A DNA stretch of 64,000 nt from an uncultured delta proteobacterium (GCA_963840855.1 CAWJBB010000030.1:192001-256000), one strand, 5' to 3'. Counted from the first letter of the stretch, positions 30,781 through 42,948 are shown. Program-made: numbers and translations. Notes: a model not told the origin generated them from the letters alone.

Positions 30781-31641
30781 ATGACCGGCTGGGCGCTCAC
30801 GCTAATTCTCGCCGCCGCCTTCATCCACGCGGGTTGGAATTTTCTCGCCAAGTGCGCCAGCGGACACGCCACGTTTACCTGGCTCTTCGCGGTTTTGTCC
30901 GCGTTGTTTTATGCGCCGGTGGCCGGCGCCGTGATATTTTTGTGGGGCGCGCCGATCGGTTGGGTGGAAATCGGGTTTATGGCCGGCAGCGCGGCGTTGC
31001 ACACGGCTTACTTCGTCTTGCTCAATCAGGGCTACCGCACCGGCGATTTGTCCTTGGTCTATCCGCTGGCGCGAGGCACCGGGCCGCTGCTCTCCACTGT
31101 CGCGGCAATCGTGTTTCTCGGTGAACGCCCGACAGTCGTGGCATTGTTGGGAGCGCTGTTGGTGATCGCCGGCGTCGCTGTGCTGACGAGCAACCCGGAG
31201 CAACTCCGTCGCGCGGGAGCGCGCATGGCGGTTCAGTATGCTCTGGTGACCGGCGCATTCATCGCGGCTTACACGCTCTGGGATAAACAGGCGGTGAGCC
31301 GGTTTGCCTTATCGCCGATCCTGCTCGATTGGGGCGCGAATGCCGGCCGCGCGCTCCTGCTTACGCCGTTCGCGCTGCGCCACTGGAACGAAACGCGCCT
31401 CGAATGGCAAACCCATCGGCGCGAGGCCGCCGGCGTCGCGCTACTGGCGCCGCTTTCGTATATTCTGGTCTTAACGGCATTGGCATTTACGCCGGTGAGC
31501 TACGTCGCGCCGGCGCGGGAGATCAGTATTCTGATCGGCACGGCGATGGGCGCCCGCTTGCTGTCGGAAGGTGACGCCGGTCGCCGTTTGCTTGGCGCGG
31601 GAGCGATGGTGGTGGGTGTTATCGGACTGGCGCTAGGATAA
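30781..31641 (+). CDS. EamA/DMT family transporter
   Basis: HAGWN, GDLSLVYPLARG, YVAPAREISI; about 10 TM segments. Confidence 0.9.
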   Translation: MTGWALTLILAAAFIHAGWNFLAKCASGHATFTWLFAVLSALFYAPVAGAVIFLWGAPIGWVEIGFMAGSAALHTAYFVLLNQGYRTGDLSLVYPLARGTGPLLSTVAAIVFLGERPTVVALLGALLVIAGVAVLTSNPEQLRRAGARMAVQYALVTGAFIAAYTLWDKQAVSRFALSPILLDWGANAGRALLLTPFALRHWNETRLEWQTHRREAAGVALLAPLSYILVLTALAFTPVSYVAPAREISILIGTAMGARLLSEGDAGRRLLGAGAMVVGVIGLALG

Positions 31642-31645
31642 GATA

Positions 31646-31679
31646 GTTCAAATCGTTCCAGCCGTTCAAAACGTTCAAG
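31646..31679. repeat. GTTCAA 9-nt periodic repeat
   Basis: GTTCAAATC GTTCCAGCC GTTCAAAAC GTTCAAG. Confidence 0.7.
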
Positions 31680-31728
31680 TCGTCAGACTTGGTCCCTCGG
31701 GATTGGTTCAAGCGGCAGAGAGAATTCC

Positions 31729-31837
31729 GTCATGCCCGTCCCGATAATCAGTCGAGGGCCGGCTACGGCGGGCATCCAGGCCAATTGGATGGAAACAAGC
31801 ACAAGAAAGTCTGGATTCCCGCTTCCGCGGGAATGAC
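31729..31837. repeat. RPE-like palindromic element
   Basis: GTCATGCCCG...GGGCATCCAG...CTGGATTCCCGCTTCCGCGGGAATGAC. Confidence 0.7.
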
Positions 31838-31894
31838 TGATTACGGACAAGTCTTATCCGACGTCTTGAAAAATGAGCGCTCATTTAACTAGAC

Positions 31895-32269
31895 ATGATT
31901 AAAGACGATTCGTTCAAAGATTTTGTTCTGGATCAGTTGCGCGATCTGGACGATGTCGAGGCGCGGCGCATGTTCGGCGGCTACGGGCTTTATCAGGACG
32001 AAACATTTTTCGGCATTGTCCACAAGGGCCGTCTGTATTTTAAGATCGACGAAACCACCGTCGCGGAATATCGAAAGCGCAAGATGAAAGCGTTTCGGCC
32101 CAACACTAAACAAACGCTCAAGAGCTACTATCAGGTGCCAGTGGAAGTCATCGAAGACGCCGATCAACTTTGCGAATGGGCGGAGAAGGCGATCGGTTGC
32201 CAACGGAAAGGTGTCAGGGGTTGGGGGTTTTCTTTGGCGGCACGCTGTGCAGGCTGGGTGCGGGATTGA
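31895..32269 (+). CDS. TfoX/Sxy N-terminal domain protein
   Basis: ARRMFGGYGLY..FFGIV..LYFK..SYYQVP..IED. Confidence 0.88.
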   Translation: MIKDDSFKDFVLDQLRDLDDVEARRMFGGYGLYQDETFFGIVHKGRLYFKIDETTVAEYRKRKMKAFRPNTKQTLKSYYQVPVEVIEDADQLCEWAEKAIGCQRKGVRGWGFSLAARCAGWVRD

Positions 32270-32606
32270 AGAGGTGATCGAGCACGAGCCAGAGAGCGCG
32301 CGAGTGATGGAAAAATAGCAAAGGAAAGATCACCGCGAAGGGCACCCAGATCATGAGCTGTTGATCGATGGTCATGCTCGTAAACGTATCGAGAATGAAA
32401 AAACCCGGCACCGCGATGGCGATGGTCGCGGCGTAATTGATATAAATAGCGCCGACGAAATAGCCTTGCTCGCGTTCGAACTTGAGGCCGCAGTTTTGAC
32501 AGTTCTCATGCATCGAAAAAGGCTTGCGGAACAATCTGCCCACGCCGCAGCGCGGACACTTGAGGCGCAGGCCGCTGGCGAGCAGCGAAAATATGCGTCC
32601 AGTCAC
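32214..32606 (-). CDS. DUF983 family membrane protein
   Basis: CPRCGVGRLF...CQNCG..EQGYFVGA plus two TM helices. Confidence 0.85.
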   Translation of the reverse strand: MTGRIFSLLASGLRLKCPRCGVGRLFRKPFSMHENCQNCGLKFEREQGYFVGAIYINYAATIAIAVPGFFILDTFTSMTIDQQLMIWVPFAVIFPLLFFHHSRALWLVLDHLFNPAPSLHSVPPKKTPNP

Positions 32607-32621
32607 GTTGGTAGCTCTTTG

Positions 32622-32763
32622 CCCTCACCCTTCCCTCTCCCAGAAGGAGAGGGTTTTGGGATTAAAATCCGCTTGTACGGCATTGCCTCTGGAGCTTCGT
32701 AGCCTGGATGAAGTGAAACGAATCCAGGAATCCCCGGATTTCACTACGTTCCAGCCGGGCTAC
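32622..32763. repeat. Two adjacent palindromic elements
   Basis: CCCTCACCCTTCCCTCTCC-CAGAA-GGAGAGGG (32622-32653) and GTAGCCTGG...CCGGGCTAC GTAG-type REP (32699-32763). Confidence 0.65.
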
Positions 32764-32836
32764 ACGCTCAATTTGGAAAAGCTTCCCGATGTCGCAACAC
32801 TGATGGACTTCGTACGATAAATCTCCCCTTCCCCTT

Positions 32837-35800
32837 TTACAAAGAGGGGTTAAGAACTTCCGCGCTCATTTCTCGTCGAGCTGTTATTCCGGCGCCGCCG
32901 TTTAAATATTCGCGCAAGAAACGCGCGGTGTAAGACTGCCGGCCGTCTTGAATAATTTCCAACGGTGAGCCGCAGGCCACCACCCGGCCGCCCTGTTCGC
33001 CGCCTTCGGGGCCGAGGTCCACCAGGTAATCGGCGTCTTTGACGATATCGAGATTGTGCTCGATGGTGACCACCGTGTTGCCCATCTCCACGAGGCGATG
33101 GAGGATATGGATCAACTTCTCAACGTCGGAGAAGTGCAGTCCCGTGGTGGGTTCGTCCAGGACATAGAGCGTTTTGCCGCGCGATTCCTTGCTGAGCTCA
33201 TAGGCGAGCTTGATGCGCTGCGCTTCACCGCCCGAAAGCGTGTTGCTCGATTGGCCGAGAGTGATGTAGCCCATGCCGATATCATCGAGAATCTTGAGCG
33301 GCCGGGCGATCTTTTGAAAGGCGCTGAAAAACGGCACGGCTTCCTCGACGGTCATGCGGAATACATCGGCGATATTTTTTTCGTTGTAACGAATGCACAA
33401 GGTCTCTTCATTGAAACGAGCGCCGGCGCAGACCTCGCAATCAATGAAGACATCGGGGAGAAAGTTCATCTCCTTGCGAATCTTCCCTTGCCCCGCGCAC
33501 TCCTCGCAGCGGCCGCCTTTGACGTTGAATGAAAACCGGCTCGGGGTGTAACCGCGCAGGCGCGCTTCGGGCGCCAGAGCGTAGAGCTTGCGAATTTCGT
33601 CGAGCAGGCCGACATAGGAGGCGGGAACCGAGCGGGGCGTTTTGCCGATGGGCGTTTGGTCCACTTCGACGATCCGTTCGAGGGTCTGCCAGCCGGCGAT
33701 TTCCCGATGGGCGCCGGGCCGGCCCGCGAACTGGCCGAGCTTCGATTTGAGACCCTTGTAAATAACTTCGCGGACCAGAGTGCTCTTGCCGGAGCCGGAT
33801 ATGCCGGTGACGCAGGTCCACATGCCGAGAGGAATTTTGACGTCGAGGTTTTTCAGGTTATGCGCTTTTGCCCCGCGAATCGTCAGCCAGCGCGATGTTT
33901 CCAGCATGCGCGCCGGGCCAAGCCGTTTTTTGTCCGAGCGCAGATAAATTCCGGTGGGAGATTCAGGATGGTTCTTAATCTCGTCCGGCGAGCCGATGGA
34001 TACGACGTAGCCCCCGTGGACGCCGGCGCCGGGCCCGAGATCGACGATGATATCCGCCGACTGGATGGTTGCCTCATCATGCTCGACGACCATCACGCTG
34101 TTGCCGGCTTCTTCCAGACGGCGCAGGGTCTTGAGAAGCATCTGGTTGTCGCGCGGGTGCAGTCCGATGGTGGGCTCGTCGAGGATGTAGCACACGCCGC
34201 GCAGGTTCGATCCCAATTGGGCGGCCAATCGAATGCGTTGCGCCTCGCCGCCGGAGAGCGTGTCGGCGCGCCGGTCCAGGGTTAAATAGGGCAGGCCGAC
34301 TTCGTCGAGGAAATTCAAGCGCTGCTGAATTTCCCGTAAAATCTTATCGGCGACGGCGCGGTCGCGCTCGGCGTTGCCGTTTTTTGCGTGGGTGATTTTC
34401 AAGTGGTCAAAGTATTCCTTGGCCTGTTCCACAGAGAAAGCCGCGACCTGCCATATCGCTTTGCCGTTGACGCGCACCGCCTGCGCCCGGCCGTTTAACC
34501 GCCGGCCGCCGCAGGCGCCGCACGCCGATTCCGCCAACAGTTCACCAAGCTCTTGGTTGGCCTCCTCTTCGCCGTCGCCCCACAGCTCGCGCAGGCGCGG
34601 GATGATGCCGCGAAACGCCGCGCGACCACTGCCGCCGAAAAGAATTTCTTCCTGGGTTTTCTTGGCCAGACGTCCCCAGGGTTTGGCGCTGTCGATGCCG
34701 CGCGCTGCTTTCAATTCTTGGCCCAAGCGCTCGACGGCGCGGCGCAGATGGCCGGCATTGCCAGAGAAGAGGCCGGCGAGCGCGGCAAGGGAGTCGGACA
34801 GAGTTTTTTTTGCGTCGGGGAAGAGCAGCTCGCGGTCGAAATCCCACTTAAAGCCCATGCCGCCGCACGGCGAGCAGGCGCCCTGGCGGCTGTTGAAAGA
34901 GAATAGGCGCGGGTCGAGGGGCTCATAGCCGATGCCGCAGCGCAGACAAAAAAGCCGCTGGTTAAAAATCTGCTCGCCGCGCTCGGAAACTAAATGGATG
35001 ACACCGTTGCCGAGGCGGAGTCCCTGATCGATCATCGCTTCCACCTCGCGGGTGCTGGCCTTGCTCTTGCCCACGACGATGTCGATATCATGTTCTTTGA
35101 AGCGCTCCAGGCCGTTGGTCAGCTCCGGCGCTCTGAGCTCCAGCAGTTTTCCGTCGATGCGCGCTTGGCGGTAGCCGAGGCGGCGCGCGCCGGCAATGAC
35201 TTCCTTATGAAAGCCCTTGCGGCCGCGTACGATGGGGCTCAGCACCACGACGTCTTTGCCGCGGTAGGCGCGACCTATGCGGTCGAGGATCTGGCTGCGG
35301 CTCAGGGAATGAATCTGCCGCCCGCACTGCACGCAGTGCTGCTTGCCGATCTTGGCATAAAGCAACCGCAGATAATGATAGATCTCCGTAACCGTCGCCA
35401 CAGTGGATTTCTTGCCGCCCTGGCTGAGCCGCTGTTCGATGGCGACGGTGGGCGGTATGCCCGCGAGCAGGTCCACGTTGGGGCGCGCCATCACTTCGAG
35501 AAACTGGCGCGCGTAGGCGGAAAGGCTGTCGATGTAGCGCCGCTGCCCTTCGGCGTAAATGATGTCGAAGGCGAGGGACGATTTTCCCGAACCGCTCAAG
35601 CCGGTGATGACGACGAAACGGTCGCGCGGAATCTTGAGGCTGATGTTTTTCAGATTATGCTCTCTGGCGCCGACGATGGTGATGGCGTTTTCTTCAACGG
35701 GCAAGGGCGCGGCAGGCCTTGCCCCTATGCTCTCCAGAACCGGCGTGAATGGCGACGCAGCGTCTGTCGAAAGATAGGGTTTCAGGTAAATTCCTGTGTG

Positions 35801-38530
35801 CGAATTTTCCACCCCGGCGATCTGCTCCGGGGTCCCGGTGGCGACGATGTAACCGCCCGCGTCGCCGCCTTCGGGCCCGAGGTCGATGATGTGATCGGCG
35901 CACTTGACCACTTCCATGTTGTGCTCGATGACGACCACCGAATGGCCCTGGTCGATCAATTCATTAAAGGCCCAGAGCAGCCGCTCGATGTCGTGAAAAT
36001 GCAAGCCCGTCGTCGGCTCATCGAAGATAAACAGCGTGCCGGTCTTCTTGGCTCTGGCCATATGCGCCGCCAGTTTGAGGCGCTGCGACTCGCCTCCGGA
36101 AAGGGTTGTCAGGGGCTGGCCGAGCCGGACATATTCAAGACCGACGGCTTTGAGCGGGTAGAGGCCATTTTTGATTTCCGCCGTGTCTTTGAAGAATTCC
36201 AAAGCTTCGTTCACCGTGAGATCGAGCACGTCGCGGATGCTCTTGCCGCGATACGTGACTTCCATGATTTCTTCCCGGTAACGGCTGCCATGGCACTCGG
36301 GGCATGAAGTGTAAACATCCGAGAGAAACTGCATCTCGACTTTTTCATAGCCTTCGCCGCGGCAGGTCTCGCAGCGGCCGCCTTCCACGTTGAACGAAAA
36401 AGTCGACGGCGTGTAGCCGCGCAGGCGCGAGAGATCGGCGGCGGCGAACAGGCGGCGAATGCCGTCGAAGGCTTTCATGTAGGTGGCGGGATTGGAGCGC
36501 GGCGTGGTGCCGACGGGGGACTGGTCCACCAGCACCACCTCGGAAATCTTGTCCGCGCCATCGATCTGAGCGCAGTCAACGACATTGGCAACGCGCGCTT
36601 CTTTGAGCTTTTTCAAATTGCGGTAAAGCACTTCGTCCACCAGACTCGATTTTCCCGAGCCGGAGACGCCGGTAATGCAGACGAAGACCCCGAGAGGGAT
36701 TTCCACGTCGATGTTTTTGAGATTGTTGGCGCTGGCGCCGGAAATTTTGATCGCTCGTTGGAGGAGCGGCTTGCGGTTGCGCGCTGGAAAGGGAATCGTT
36801 TTGCGCCGGCTCAGATAGGCCGCGGTAAGCGAGTTTTTATCTTTGAGCAAAGCCTCATAGGATCCCGCGAACATCACCTCGCCGCCCTGTTCCCCGGCGC
36901 GCGGGCCGAGATCGATGATGTGGTCGCACTCCTTGATGATCTCCGGATCATGCTCGACCACGACGACGGTGTTCTGGTTGGCTTTGAGGCGGTGCAGAAT
37001 CTCGACGAGCCGGTGGCTGTCACGCGGATGCAGACCGATGGACGGCTCATCGAGCACGTAGAGCGTATTGACCAGCGACGAACCGATGGCCGTAGTGAGA
37101 TCGACCCGTTCCAGCTCGCCACCGGAAAGCGTCCGCGACTGGCGGTCAAGGGTCAGATATTCGAGGCCCACGCTCGCGAGATATCCGAGCCGGCGGCGGA
37201 TCTCGTCGAGGATCAAGCGCGCCACCTGGTCGAGGGCGCCTTGGAGCTTGAGCTCGGCGAAAAAACGGTGCGCTTCGCCCACGCTCATGGCGGTGATCTG
37301 GGCGATGTCTTTGCCGTCAATTCTGTAACGCAGCGCGTCGGGTTTCAGGCGGCTCCCCTGACAATCGGGGCAGATGAGATAGGCGCGGTAGCGCGCCAGC
37401 ATCACCCGAACATGCATGCGGTAACTGCGGCGCTCCAGACGGCGAAACCAGCCGCGGATGCCCCGGTACTCGCCGTCGCCGTCGATGACGAGCCGCTGCT
37501 GTTTCTCAGCCAGTTCGCCCCACGGTTTTGTCGTTGAGATTTTTTTGCGCTCGCAGAAATCGAGCAAGCGCCGCGTTCTGCGCTTGCGGTTGATCCAGGG
37601 CTTGATGGCGCCCTCGCTGAGTGATTTGCCGTGGTCGGGAATGACCAGATCGAGATCGATGTCGATCACGCGGCCAAAACCGCGGCAGGTTTCGCAGGCG
37701 CCCAACGGACTGTTGAAAGAAAACAGGTTGGGCGCCGGATCGCGGTACGATATATCGCAGTGGGGGCAGTGGAGATGGTTGCTGAAGGGCTCGCGCCGCC
37801 AATTTTCCTGCGGCAGATGGAGACTCAACCGGCCTTTGCCGTAGTGAAACGCCTGCTCGAGGGAATCCAGGATTCTTTTTTTATTCTCCGCCCGGAAAGC
37901 GAAGCGGTCGGCGATGATTTCCAACGCTTGTTCGCGCCGCGGTGCCTCCGTGATCTCATCGAGTTCCCGAATGTTTTGGCCTTCCAGAAGGCGGTGAAAT
38001 CCCGCTTGGCTGAGCCCGTTGCGCATTTCCTCCCAGGAGACCGCCGCCGGCGCCGCCAACGGAAAAGTCAGAATCACCGGCGCGCCCTCCGCGAGAGTGC
38101 CGAGCTTGGCAAGCACCGACTGCGCCGAATCGCGTTCGACGATCCGCTCGCAGGCGCGGCAGTGGAGCACGCCTATTTTTGCGAAAAGCAATTTGAAATG
38201 ATCGTGCAGCTCGGTCATGGTGCCGACGGTGGAGCGCGAGGTGCGCACCGCGCGGCTTTGATCGATGGCGATGGTGGGCGGGATGCTCTCGATGCTTTCC
38301 ACGTCCGGCTTGTCCATGCGGTCGAGAAACTGGCGCGCGTAGGCGGAGAAGCTTTCGACGTAGCGCCGTTGCCCTTCGGCGTAGAGGATGTCGAAGGCGA
38401 GGGTGGATTTCCCAGAGCCGCTGACGCCGGTGATAACCGTAAGGGCGTTCAGCGGAATGCGCAGGTCGAGGTTTTTTAGATTATTCTGCTTGGCGCCGCG
38501 TATCTGTATCCAGCCGTGGCTCATGGTCAT
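32837..38530 (-). CDS. uvrA: Excinuclease ABC subunit A, tandem-duplicated (two UvrA units in one 1897-aa chain)
   Basis: Four G.SGSGKS Walker A motifs, four LSGGE/DEP sets, two AEGQRRY.ES/DS motifs, repeated zinc fingers. Confidence 0.96.
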   Translation of the reverse strand: MTMSHGWIQIRGAKQNNLKNLDLRIPLNALTVITGVSGSGKSTLAFDILYAEGQRRYVESFSAYARQFLDRMDKPDVESIESIPPTIAIDQSRAVRTSRSTVGTMTELHDHFKLLFAKIGVLHCRACERIVERDSAQSVLAKLGTLAEGAPVILTFPLAAPAAVSWEEMRNGLSQAGFHRLLEGQNIRELDEITEAPRREQALEIIADRFAFRAENKKRILDSLEQAFHYGKGRLSLHLPQENWRREPFSNHLHCPHCDISYRDPAPNLFSFNSPLGACETCRGFGRVIDIDLDLVIPDHGKSLSEGAIKPWINRKRRTRRLLDFCERKKISTTKPWGELAEKQQRLVIDGDGEYRGIRGWFRRLERRSYRMHVRVMLARYRAYLICPDCQGSRLKPDALRYRIDGKDIAQITAMSVGEAHRFFAELKLQGALDQVARLILDEIRRRLGYLASVGLEYLTLDRQSRTLSGGELERVDLTTAIGSSLVNTLYVLDEPSIGLHPRDSHRLVEILHRLKANQNTVVVVEHDPEIIKECDHIIDLGPRAGEQGGEVMFAGSYEALLKDKNSLTAAYLSRRKTIPFPARNRKPLLQRAIKISGASANNLKNIDVEIPLGVFVCITGVSGSGKSSLVDEVLYRNLKKLKEARVANVVDCAQIDGADKISEVVLVDQSPVGTTPRSNPATYMKAFDGIRRLFAAADLSRLRGYTPSTFSFNVEGGRCETCRGEGYEKVEMQFLSDVYTSCPECHGSRYREEIMEVTYRGKSIRDVLDLTVNEALEFFKDTAEIKNGLYPLKAVGLEYVRLGQPLTTLSGGESQRLKLAAHMARAKKTGTLFIFDEPTTGLHFHDIERLLWAFNELIDQGHSVVVIEHNMEVVKCADHIIDLGPEGGDAGGYIVATGTPEQIAGVENSHTGIYLKPYLSTDAASPFTPVLESIGARPAAPLPVEENAITIVGAREHNLKNISLKIPRDRFVVITGLSGSGKSSLAFDIIYAEGQRRYIDSLSAYARQFLEVMARPNVDLLAGIPPTVAIEQRLSQGGKKSTVATVTEIYHYLRLLYAKIGKQHCVQCGRQIHSLSRSQILDRIGRAYRGKDVVVLSPIVRGRKGFHKEVIAGARRLGYRQARIDGKLLELRAPELTNGLERFKEHDIDIVVGKSKASTREVEAMIDQGLRLGNGVIHLVSERGEQIFNQRLFCLRCGIGYEPLDPRLFSFNSRQGACSPCGGMGFKWDFDRELLFPDAKKTLSDSLAALAGLFSGNAGHLRRAVERLGQELKAARGIDSAKPWGRLAKKTQEEILFGGSGRAAFRGIIPRLRELWGDGEEEANQELGELLAESACGACGGRRLNGRAQAVRVNGKAIWQVAAFSVEQAKEYFDHLKITHAKNGNAERDRAVADKILREIQQRLNFLDEVGLPYLTLDRRADTLSGGEAQRIRLAAQLGSNLRGVCYILDEPTIGLHPRDNQMLLKTLRRLEEAGNSVMVVEHDEATIQSADIIVDLGPGAGVHGGYVVSIGSPDEIKNHPESPTGIYLRSDKKRLGPARMLETSRWLTIRGAKAHNLKNLDVKIPLGMWTCVTGISGSGKSTLVREVIYKGLKSKLGQFAGRPGAHREIAGWQTLERIVEVDQTPIGKTPRSVPASYVGLLDEIRKLYALAPEARLRGYTPSRFSFNVKGGRCEECAGQGKIRKEMNFLPDVFIDCEVCAGARFNEETLCIRYNEKNIADVFRMTVEEAVPFFSAFQKIARPLKILDDIGMGYITLGQSSNTLSGGEAQRIKLAYELSKESRGKTLYVLDEPTTGLHFSDVEKLIHILHRLVEMGNTVVTIEHNLDIVKDADYLVDLGPEGGEQGGRVVACGSPLEIIQDGRQSYTARFLREYLNGGAGITARREMSAEVLNPSL

Positions 38531-38535
38531 TCGCT

Positions 38536-38787
38536 TTATTGCAGGCGATACTTTTCCACCAGAATCCGGCGGAAACGCGAGCCGTAGATCAAATCGAAGG
38601 TTGCTTCTTTATCCGGAAAGAGTTTTAGCGCCGTTTGTTTGGCATGCTCCACAACCTCCTGGGCTTCGTCAAGGGTAAGTTCCACTTGCCGCAGCAAAAC
38701 GGCCGCCACGTCCATCGCCCGGCTGAGCCGGCGCAGCTTGCGTTCTTCTTCCAATAGCGCTTGTTTGTCCACAGCCACGGCCTCCAA
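38536..38787 (-). CDS. Small conserved-looking helical hypothetical protein upstream of uvrA
   Basis: 83 aa, LFPDKEATFDLIYGSRFRRIL; 5 nt from the uvrA start. Confidence 0.7.
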   Translation of the reverse strand: MEAVAVDKQALLEEERKLRRLSRAMDVAAVLLRQVELTLDEAQEVVEHAKQTALKLFPDKEATFDLIYGSRFRRILVEKYRLQ

Positions 38788-38848
38788 GATTAACGGTGAT
38801 TACTACCACCCCAATACTTCAAAGGCGCCAACCTTTAACGTCTACCAC

Positions 38849-38967
38849 GTTCAAAGAACGCGGTTCAAGGCGGCGCCTTCGGCGCGGTTCAAAGTTTCGC
38901 GTTCAACGTTCAAGTTAACGCCCAGCCAACCTTCTATTCCGAAACCTTGAACCTTGAACTTTGAACG
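38849..38967. repeat. GTTCAA/TTGAAC 7-nt periodic inverted array
   Basis: GTTCAAA GTTTCGC GTTCAAC GTTCAAG ... CTTGAAC CTTGAAC TTTGAAC, plus a GCGCC-TTC-GGCGC hairpin. Confidence 0.7.
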
Positions 38968-39018
38968 AGCAACAGCGGCGCGCTTCCGCGCGCGTCACGT
39001 CTTTGCTACTCTTCGTTC

Positions 39019-39706
39019 ATGCGCATCGCGGAAATCTTCTATTCCCTACAAGGCGAAGGGCGGTTGATTGGTACCCCGTCGGTGTTTATTCGTACTTCGG
39101 GGTGCAACCTGCGTTGTGTATGGTGCGACACGCCCTACACATCGTGGAAACCAGAAGGTCGGAATTGGCGCATTGATAAGATACTATTGCGAAGTCGGCA
39201 AGTATCCGGGCCGTTTCGTTGTCGTCACCGGCGGGGAGCCATTTTTGGCTCCGGAAATAGAAGAACTAACGCAAGCGCTTAAAGAAACCGGCGCCCATAT
39301 TACCATCGAAACGGCGGCGACGATTTTCAAACCGGTGGCCTGCGACCTGTTGTCGATGAGTCCGAAGCTCACCAACTCCACGCCGTGGAAAAAAGCCAAT
39401 GGAAAGTTCGTCAAGATGCACGACGCGCGGCGGCTTAATTTCCTCGTGATGCAGAATTTTCTCGACCGCTATGACTGCCAGTTGAAGTTTGTCGTCGATC
39501 AACCGGCGGACTTCGATGAGCTGCGCGACGTTCTCGCCCAACTGAATCAGGTCGATCCAAGTAAAGTGCTAATCATGGCGCAGGGAAAGACCGCGCGGCA
39601 GATTCACGCGAAGTCGCAATGGATCGTGGAAGCCTGCAAGAACTACGGCTACGGCTACACGCCGCGGCTGCATATCGATCTGTACGGCAACCGGCGGGGC
39701 ACATAA
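39019..39706 (+). CDS. queE: 7-carboxy-7-deazaguanine synthase (radical SAM), frameshift near 39180
   Basis: [48 protein letters not shown]. Confidence 0.9.
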
Positions 39707-39723
39707 CGGTCGCTAGCGCGACC

Positions 39724-39765
39724 GGTTCCAGTCGTTCAAAATGTTCCAGCAGTTCCAGTCGTTGA
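39724..39765. repeat. GTTC(A/C)A 9-nt periodic repeat
   Basis: GTTCCAGTC GTTCAAAAT GTTCCAGCA GTTCCAGTC GTTGAA between convergent genes. Confidence 0.7.
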
Positions 39766-39792
39766 AAAGATCGGATTCTTGCCGGATTGAGA

Positions 39793-42700
39793 TCACTGCG
39801 CTAGCGGCAGCTCGCTGGGTGGGTGAGAAGGGGTGAAGTTGATGTCCCGTATTTTTACTTTGTTGAGATTTTCTCTGGCGGGAAGAAGTGGAGCCGTGGC
39901 CGCTTTTTTATCCGAATGCTCCATGATCGCCGGCGCCAGCAATTTTAGAATCGTCACCGGCAGCGCGCTGGTAAATTTATAATTTTCAGCCTCCCGGCCC
40001 TGGACGTAGGCCGTGACGACACCGTAGTAACTCTCGTCGATGTAAAAAACGAAAGTCGCCGTACGGTTGGTGGCGCGGGAAGAAGTCACACCGCCTTGCC
40101 GGTTGAAGGTTTGAATGCGGTTGTCGCCGGAGCCGGTTTTTCCGCCCACCGTAATGAGCTTGCCGTCGGGATATTTAAATGCCCCATGCAAGCGCCGCGC
40201 GGTGCCCTGCGCGACGACGTCGGCCATCGCTTTGCGCGCCGCGCGCGCCACCACCGGGTTCAGTACGACTTCGCCTTTAGGCGGATTGCGCTCCAAAACC
40301 GTTTCATAGGGCGTGCCGGGGGCGAAGTGGATCTTGGTCAATGCCGTTCCAGGGCGGCGCACGCCGTCGTTTACCAGAATGCCGACCAACTCGGCCAGCG
40401 CCACCGGCCGGTCGCCGGAGCTGCCAATGGAGCTGGCATAGGACGGCACCATAGTCTTAAAAGGAAAACCCAGTTTCTGCCAGTAAGGCGTGAGGCGGGC
40501 GAAGGCGTCTCTTTCTATCTTTATGCGCAAGCGCAAGTCCTGGGCTTTGCGGTGGCGCGCATTAAGCAGCCAGGACGAGCCCTCGAGCCCCGCCTTGCGG
40601 CTGCCGGCGAGAAGATCGTCCCATGACAGATTTGGATTCTTGCGGTATTCCTGCGCGCACCAGAGGTCCAAAGGGTGAATGGAGAGCAGATAGGCGAAAT
40701 CCATCGCGGTGAGTCTGGGGTTCTGGTAGGCTCGAAACAATCTCGCCACGTCCACGGACGCGGCCTGCGCGCCGTGTTTCTTGAGCCATGCCGCCAGCGC
40801 TTGTTCATCGGCGCCGATGCGCCAGGCGAAGAAAAGTATCGCCAGCCGCCGCTCCGCGTTGCCTCTAGTTCCCACCAGCCGGGCGATGATCTTTTCCTCG
40901 CTCTGTCCTTTATAGTTGGGGTAAGAGCGCCGCAGTACGCTGCGCGATTCCTCATCGGCGATCTCCACGAGCATGCGGCGGCGCTCGGGATGATCCGGCT
41001 TGGCGAGCACGTCGTCGGCGTTATAGGCCAGCCGCGCGCGGTGGTAGCCTATGATATCGCGCATGAGACGGATGAACACGAGATTGATTGAGCTCTGAAA
41101 GGCCTCGCGCAGCGACAGGATTTTGCCGTTATCATCGGGATCGAAATTGGCGAAGTCATGCAGCCCGCCGCCGGTGAAAAACATTTCCCCGGGACTGGCT
41201 GAATAACGCCGCTCCATGGAGCTTTGCAGAATCGCCTCGAGGGTGATTTGGGGGTCCGTCTGAAGCGTTTCAATGACCCAGCGGGTGAGCGGATCACGCG
41301 CCTCCTTCGCCGCCTGCTCGAGGTCTGGTCCGGCCAAGGAGGAAAACTCCTTGTGCAGTTCGGCGATGATTTCCAGATAGTGCGTCAACGTGCGCAGCTT
41401 GGCGGTGCTGCCGAGCTCGAGCTTGACGCTCTTATTGAAATCGAAGGGCGTGGCGAGATTGTCCGCTTGCACCCGGACCATGTTGCCTTGCGGCGTGGGT
41501 TCCACGAGCAGGAATGAATAAACGATCTTTTTCGGGTCGGCGTAGTTGAGCAGGTATTCGCCGATCAATCCTTTGGCTTCAACGACCTTGCGGTCTCCCA
41601 GGCTGTTGAGAAAATCCGTCACTTTCTGCTGTAGCGGCACGTCGATGGTGCTTTGCAATTCCAAGTGCAGGCGGTTGAGGTCATAGACGTTGTTAATGCC
41701 CAGATACTCCATCGTCGTAATGCGCACGGCGTTGGCGGCTTTGTTCTTGTAAGACGAAGGCTGCGGCGTAACCGGCCCCGTGCCCAGATATTCGATAGGG
41801 GTGTGCTCAATGGCGTCGGCCAGCTGCTTTTCGATGATGCCTTCGCGCGCCATCAGCTTGGCGAACTGGCGGACTTTTTCCTCGAGGCCCGGCCGGTCAT
41901 CGACCAGAAATGCCGACGGCGAGCGCACCGAGACCAGCAGCGTTAGCACTTGCTTATAGGCGTCCACTTTCGCAGCCGTAATACCCGGCTCCTTGATGGC
42001 CTTCAGGGCGTCTTCCAACTCGGTTCCGAACCAGGCGTAAAGCCCCTCGCCGAGGCCGTGGATCTCGCCGTAACCGGGCGCGGCGGCCAGCGGCACGGCG
42101 TTGAAATAGTCCACAATGATGCGCTCGCGCCAAGCGCGCGTGTTCTTGCCGGCGCGGTAGGCTTTAAGGCTGGCGCCGACGAGCTGGCGCAATTTTTCCA
42201 ACGGCGTGTCGGTGCGGCCGTGGGGAGAGTGGCGGAATTTTTCCAATTGCACGGCGAGGGTGCTACCGCCTTGCACCGGCACCGGCAAATAAAATTTGGC
42301 GCCAATGTAATAAAACAGGGCCTTCACCGTACGGTCCCACTCGATTACCGGATTCTGCCAGGACGCCGCGGGGTGGTCGAGATCGCGGTTTTCCAAAAAC
42401 AGCAGGGTCTTGACCAACAGCGGCGGGATGTCGTTGATCCCTTTGAACAGGAATTCCGATTGGGCGTATTGAAACAGCGGAGCGCCCTTGGTGCCCGCGC
42501 CGCTGTTGCTGGCATTGACGCCCTGGACGACGATGCCGGTTACTCGCGGCTCGGTGTAGGGCGGCGCGATGCCATGGCCGATGAGATTGGCGAGAGTCTC
42601 TGATTGCCGCGCCTGCTGCGTGACTTGGTAGCCCTGTTTCTCAAGACGCGACTGAAAGTCGGATAGCTTCGAATAGCCTCTGCGGTCATCAAAGGGGGCG

Positions 42701-42948
42701 GAGCGCGGAAACGCTATGCTCGGACTGCGGCCGTCGGCCAATTCAAATGATAGCCGCTTGTTGGTTGCGGTGAAGAGCCAGGATTGCAGCACCGACGTGC
42801 GGACCTCTATGATGCCGCAGACGATGATTATCAGGAAAAAAAGGCACCACTTCAGCCAGCGCTTGAGGAAGCCGGTCTTGGTGAAGAACCAGCGCGATAC
42901 CAGCGAGGGGGTCGGTTGAGCTTCAGTGGGAATCGAATCGGCGTCCAT
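39793..42948 (-). CDS. Large bifunctional transglycosylase/transpeptidase-like protein
   Basis: N-terminal TM; LENR and GGSTLAVQLEK glycosyltransferase motifs; GSTAK (SxxK), SIN, KTGSG. Confidence 0.85.
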   Translation of the reverse strand: MDADSIPTEAQPTPSLVSRWFFTKTGFLKRWLKWCLFFLIIIVCGIIEVRTSVLQSWLFTATNKRLSFELADGRSPSIAFPRSAPFDDRRGYSKLSDFQSRLEKQGYQVTQQARQSETLANLIGHGIAPPYTEPRVTGIVVQGVNASNSGAGTKGAPLFQYAQSEFLFKGINDIPPLLVKTLLFLENRDLDHPAASWQNPVIEWDRTVKALFYYIGAKFYLPVPVQGGSTLAVQLEKFRHSPHGRTDTPLEKLRQLVGASLKAYRAGKNTRAWRERIIVDYFNAVPLAAAPGYGEIHGLGEGLYAWFGTELEDALKAIKEPGITAAKVDAYKQVLTLLVSVRSPSAFLVDDRPGLEEKVRQFAKLMAREGIIEKQLADAIEHTPIEYLGTGPVTPQPSSYKNKAANAVRITTMEYLGINNVYDLNRLHLELQSTIDVPLQQKVTDFLNSLGDRKVVEAKGLIGEYLLNYADPKKIVYSFLLVEPTPQGNMVRVQADNLATPFDFNKSVKLELGSTAKLRTLTHYLEIIAELHKEFSSLAGPDLEQAAKEARDPLTRWVIETLQTDPQITLEAILQSSMERRYSASPGEMFFTGGGLHDFANFDPDDNGKILSLREAFQSSINLVFIRLMRDIIGYHRARLAYNADDVLAKPDHPERRRMLVEIADEESRSVLRRSYPNYKGQSEEKIIARLVGTRGNAERRLAILFFAWRIGADEQALAAWLKKHGAQAASVDVARLFRAYQNPRLTAMDFAYLLSIHPLDLWCAQEYRKNPNLSWDDLLAGSRKAGLEGSSWLLNARHRKAQDLRLRIKIERDAFARLTPYWQKLGFPFKTMVPSYASSIGSSGDRPVALAELVGILVNDGVRRPGTALTKIHFAPGTPYETVLERNPPKGEVVLNPVVARAARKAMADVVAQGTARRLHGAFKYPDGKLITVGGKTGSGDNRIQTFNRQGGVTSSRATNRTATFVFYIDESYYGVVTAYVQGREAENYKFTSALPVTILKLLAPAIMEHSDKKAATAPLLPARENLNKVKIRDINFTPSHPPSELPLAQ

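Noticed and set aside
33056-38479. Long plus-strand ORFs (up to 437 aa) opposite uvrA
   Set aside because: Antisense shadow ORFs typical of GC-rich coding DNA; the same applies opposite ftsH, the PBP and the SBPs
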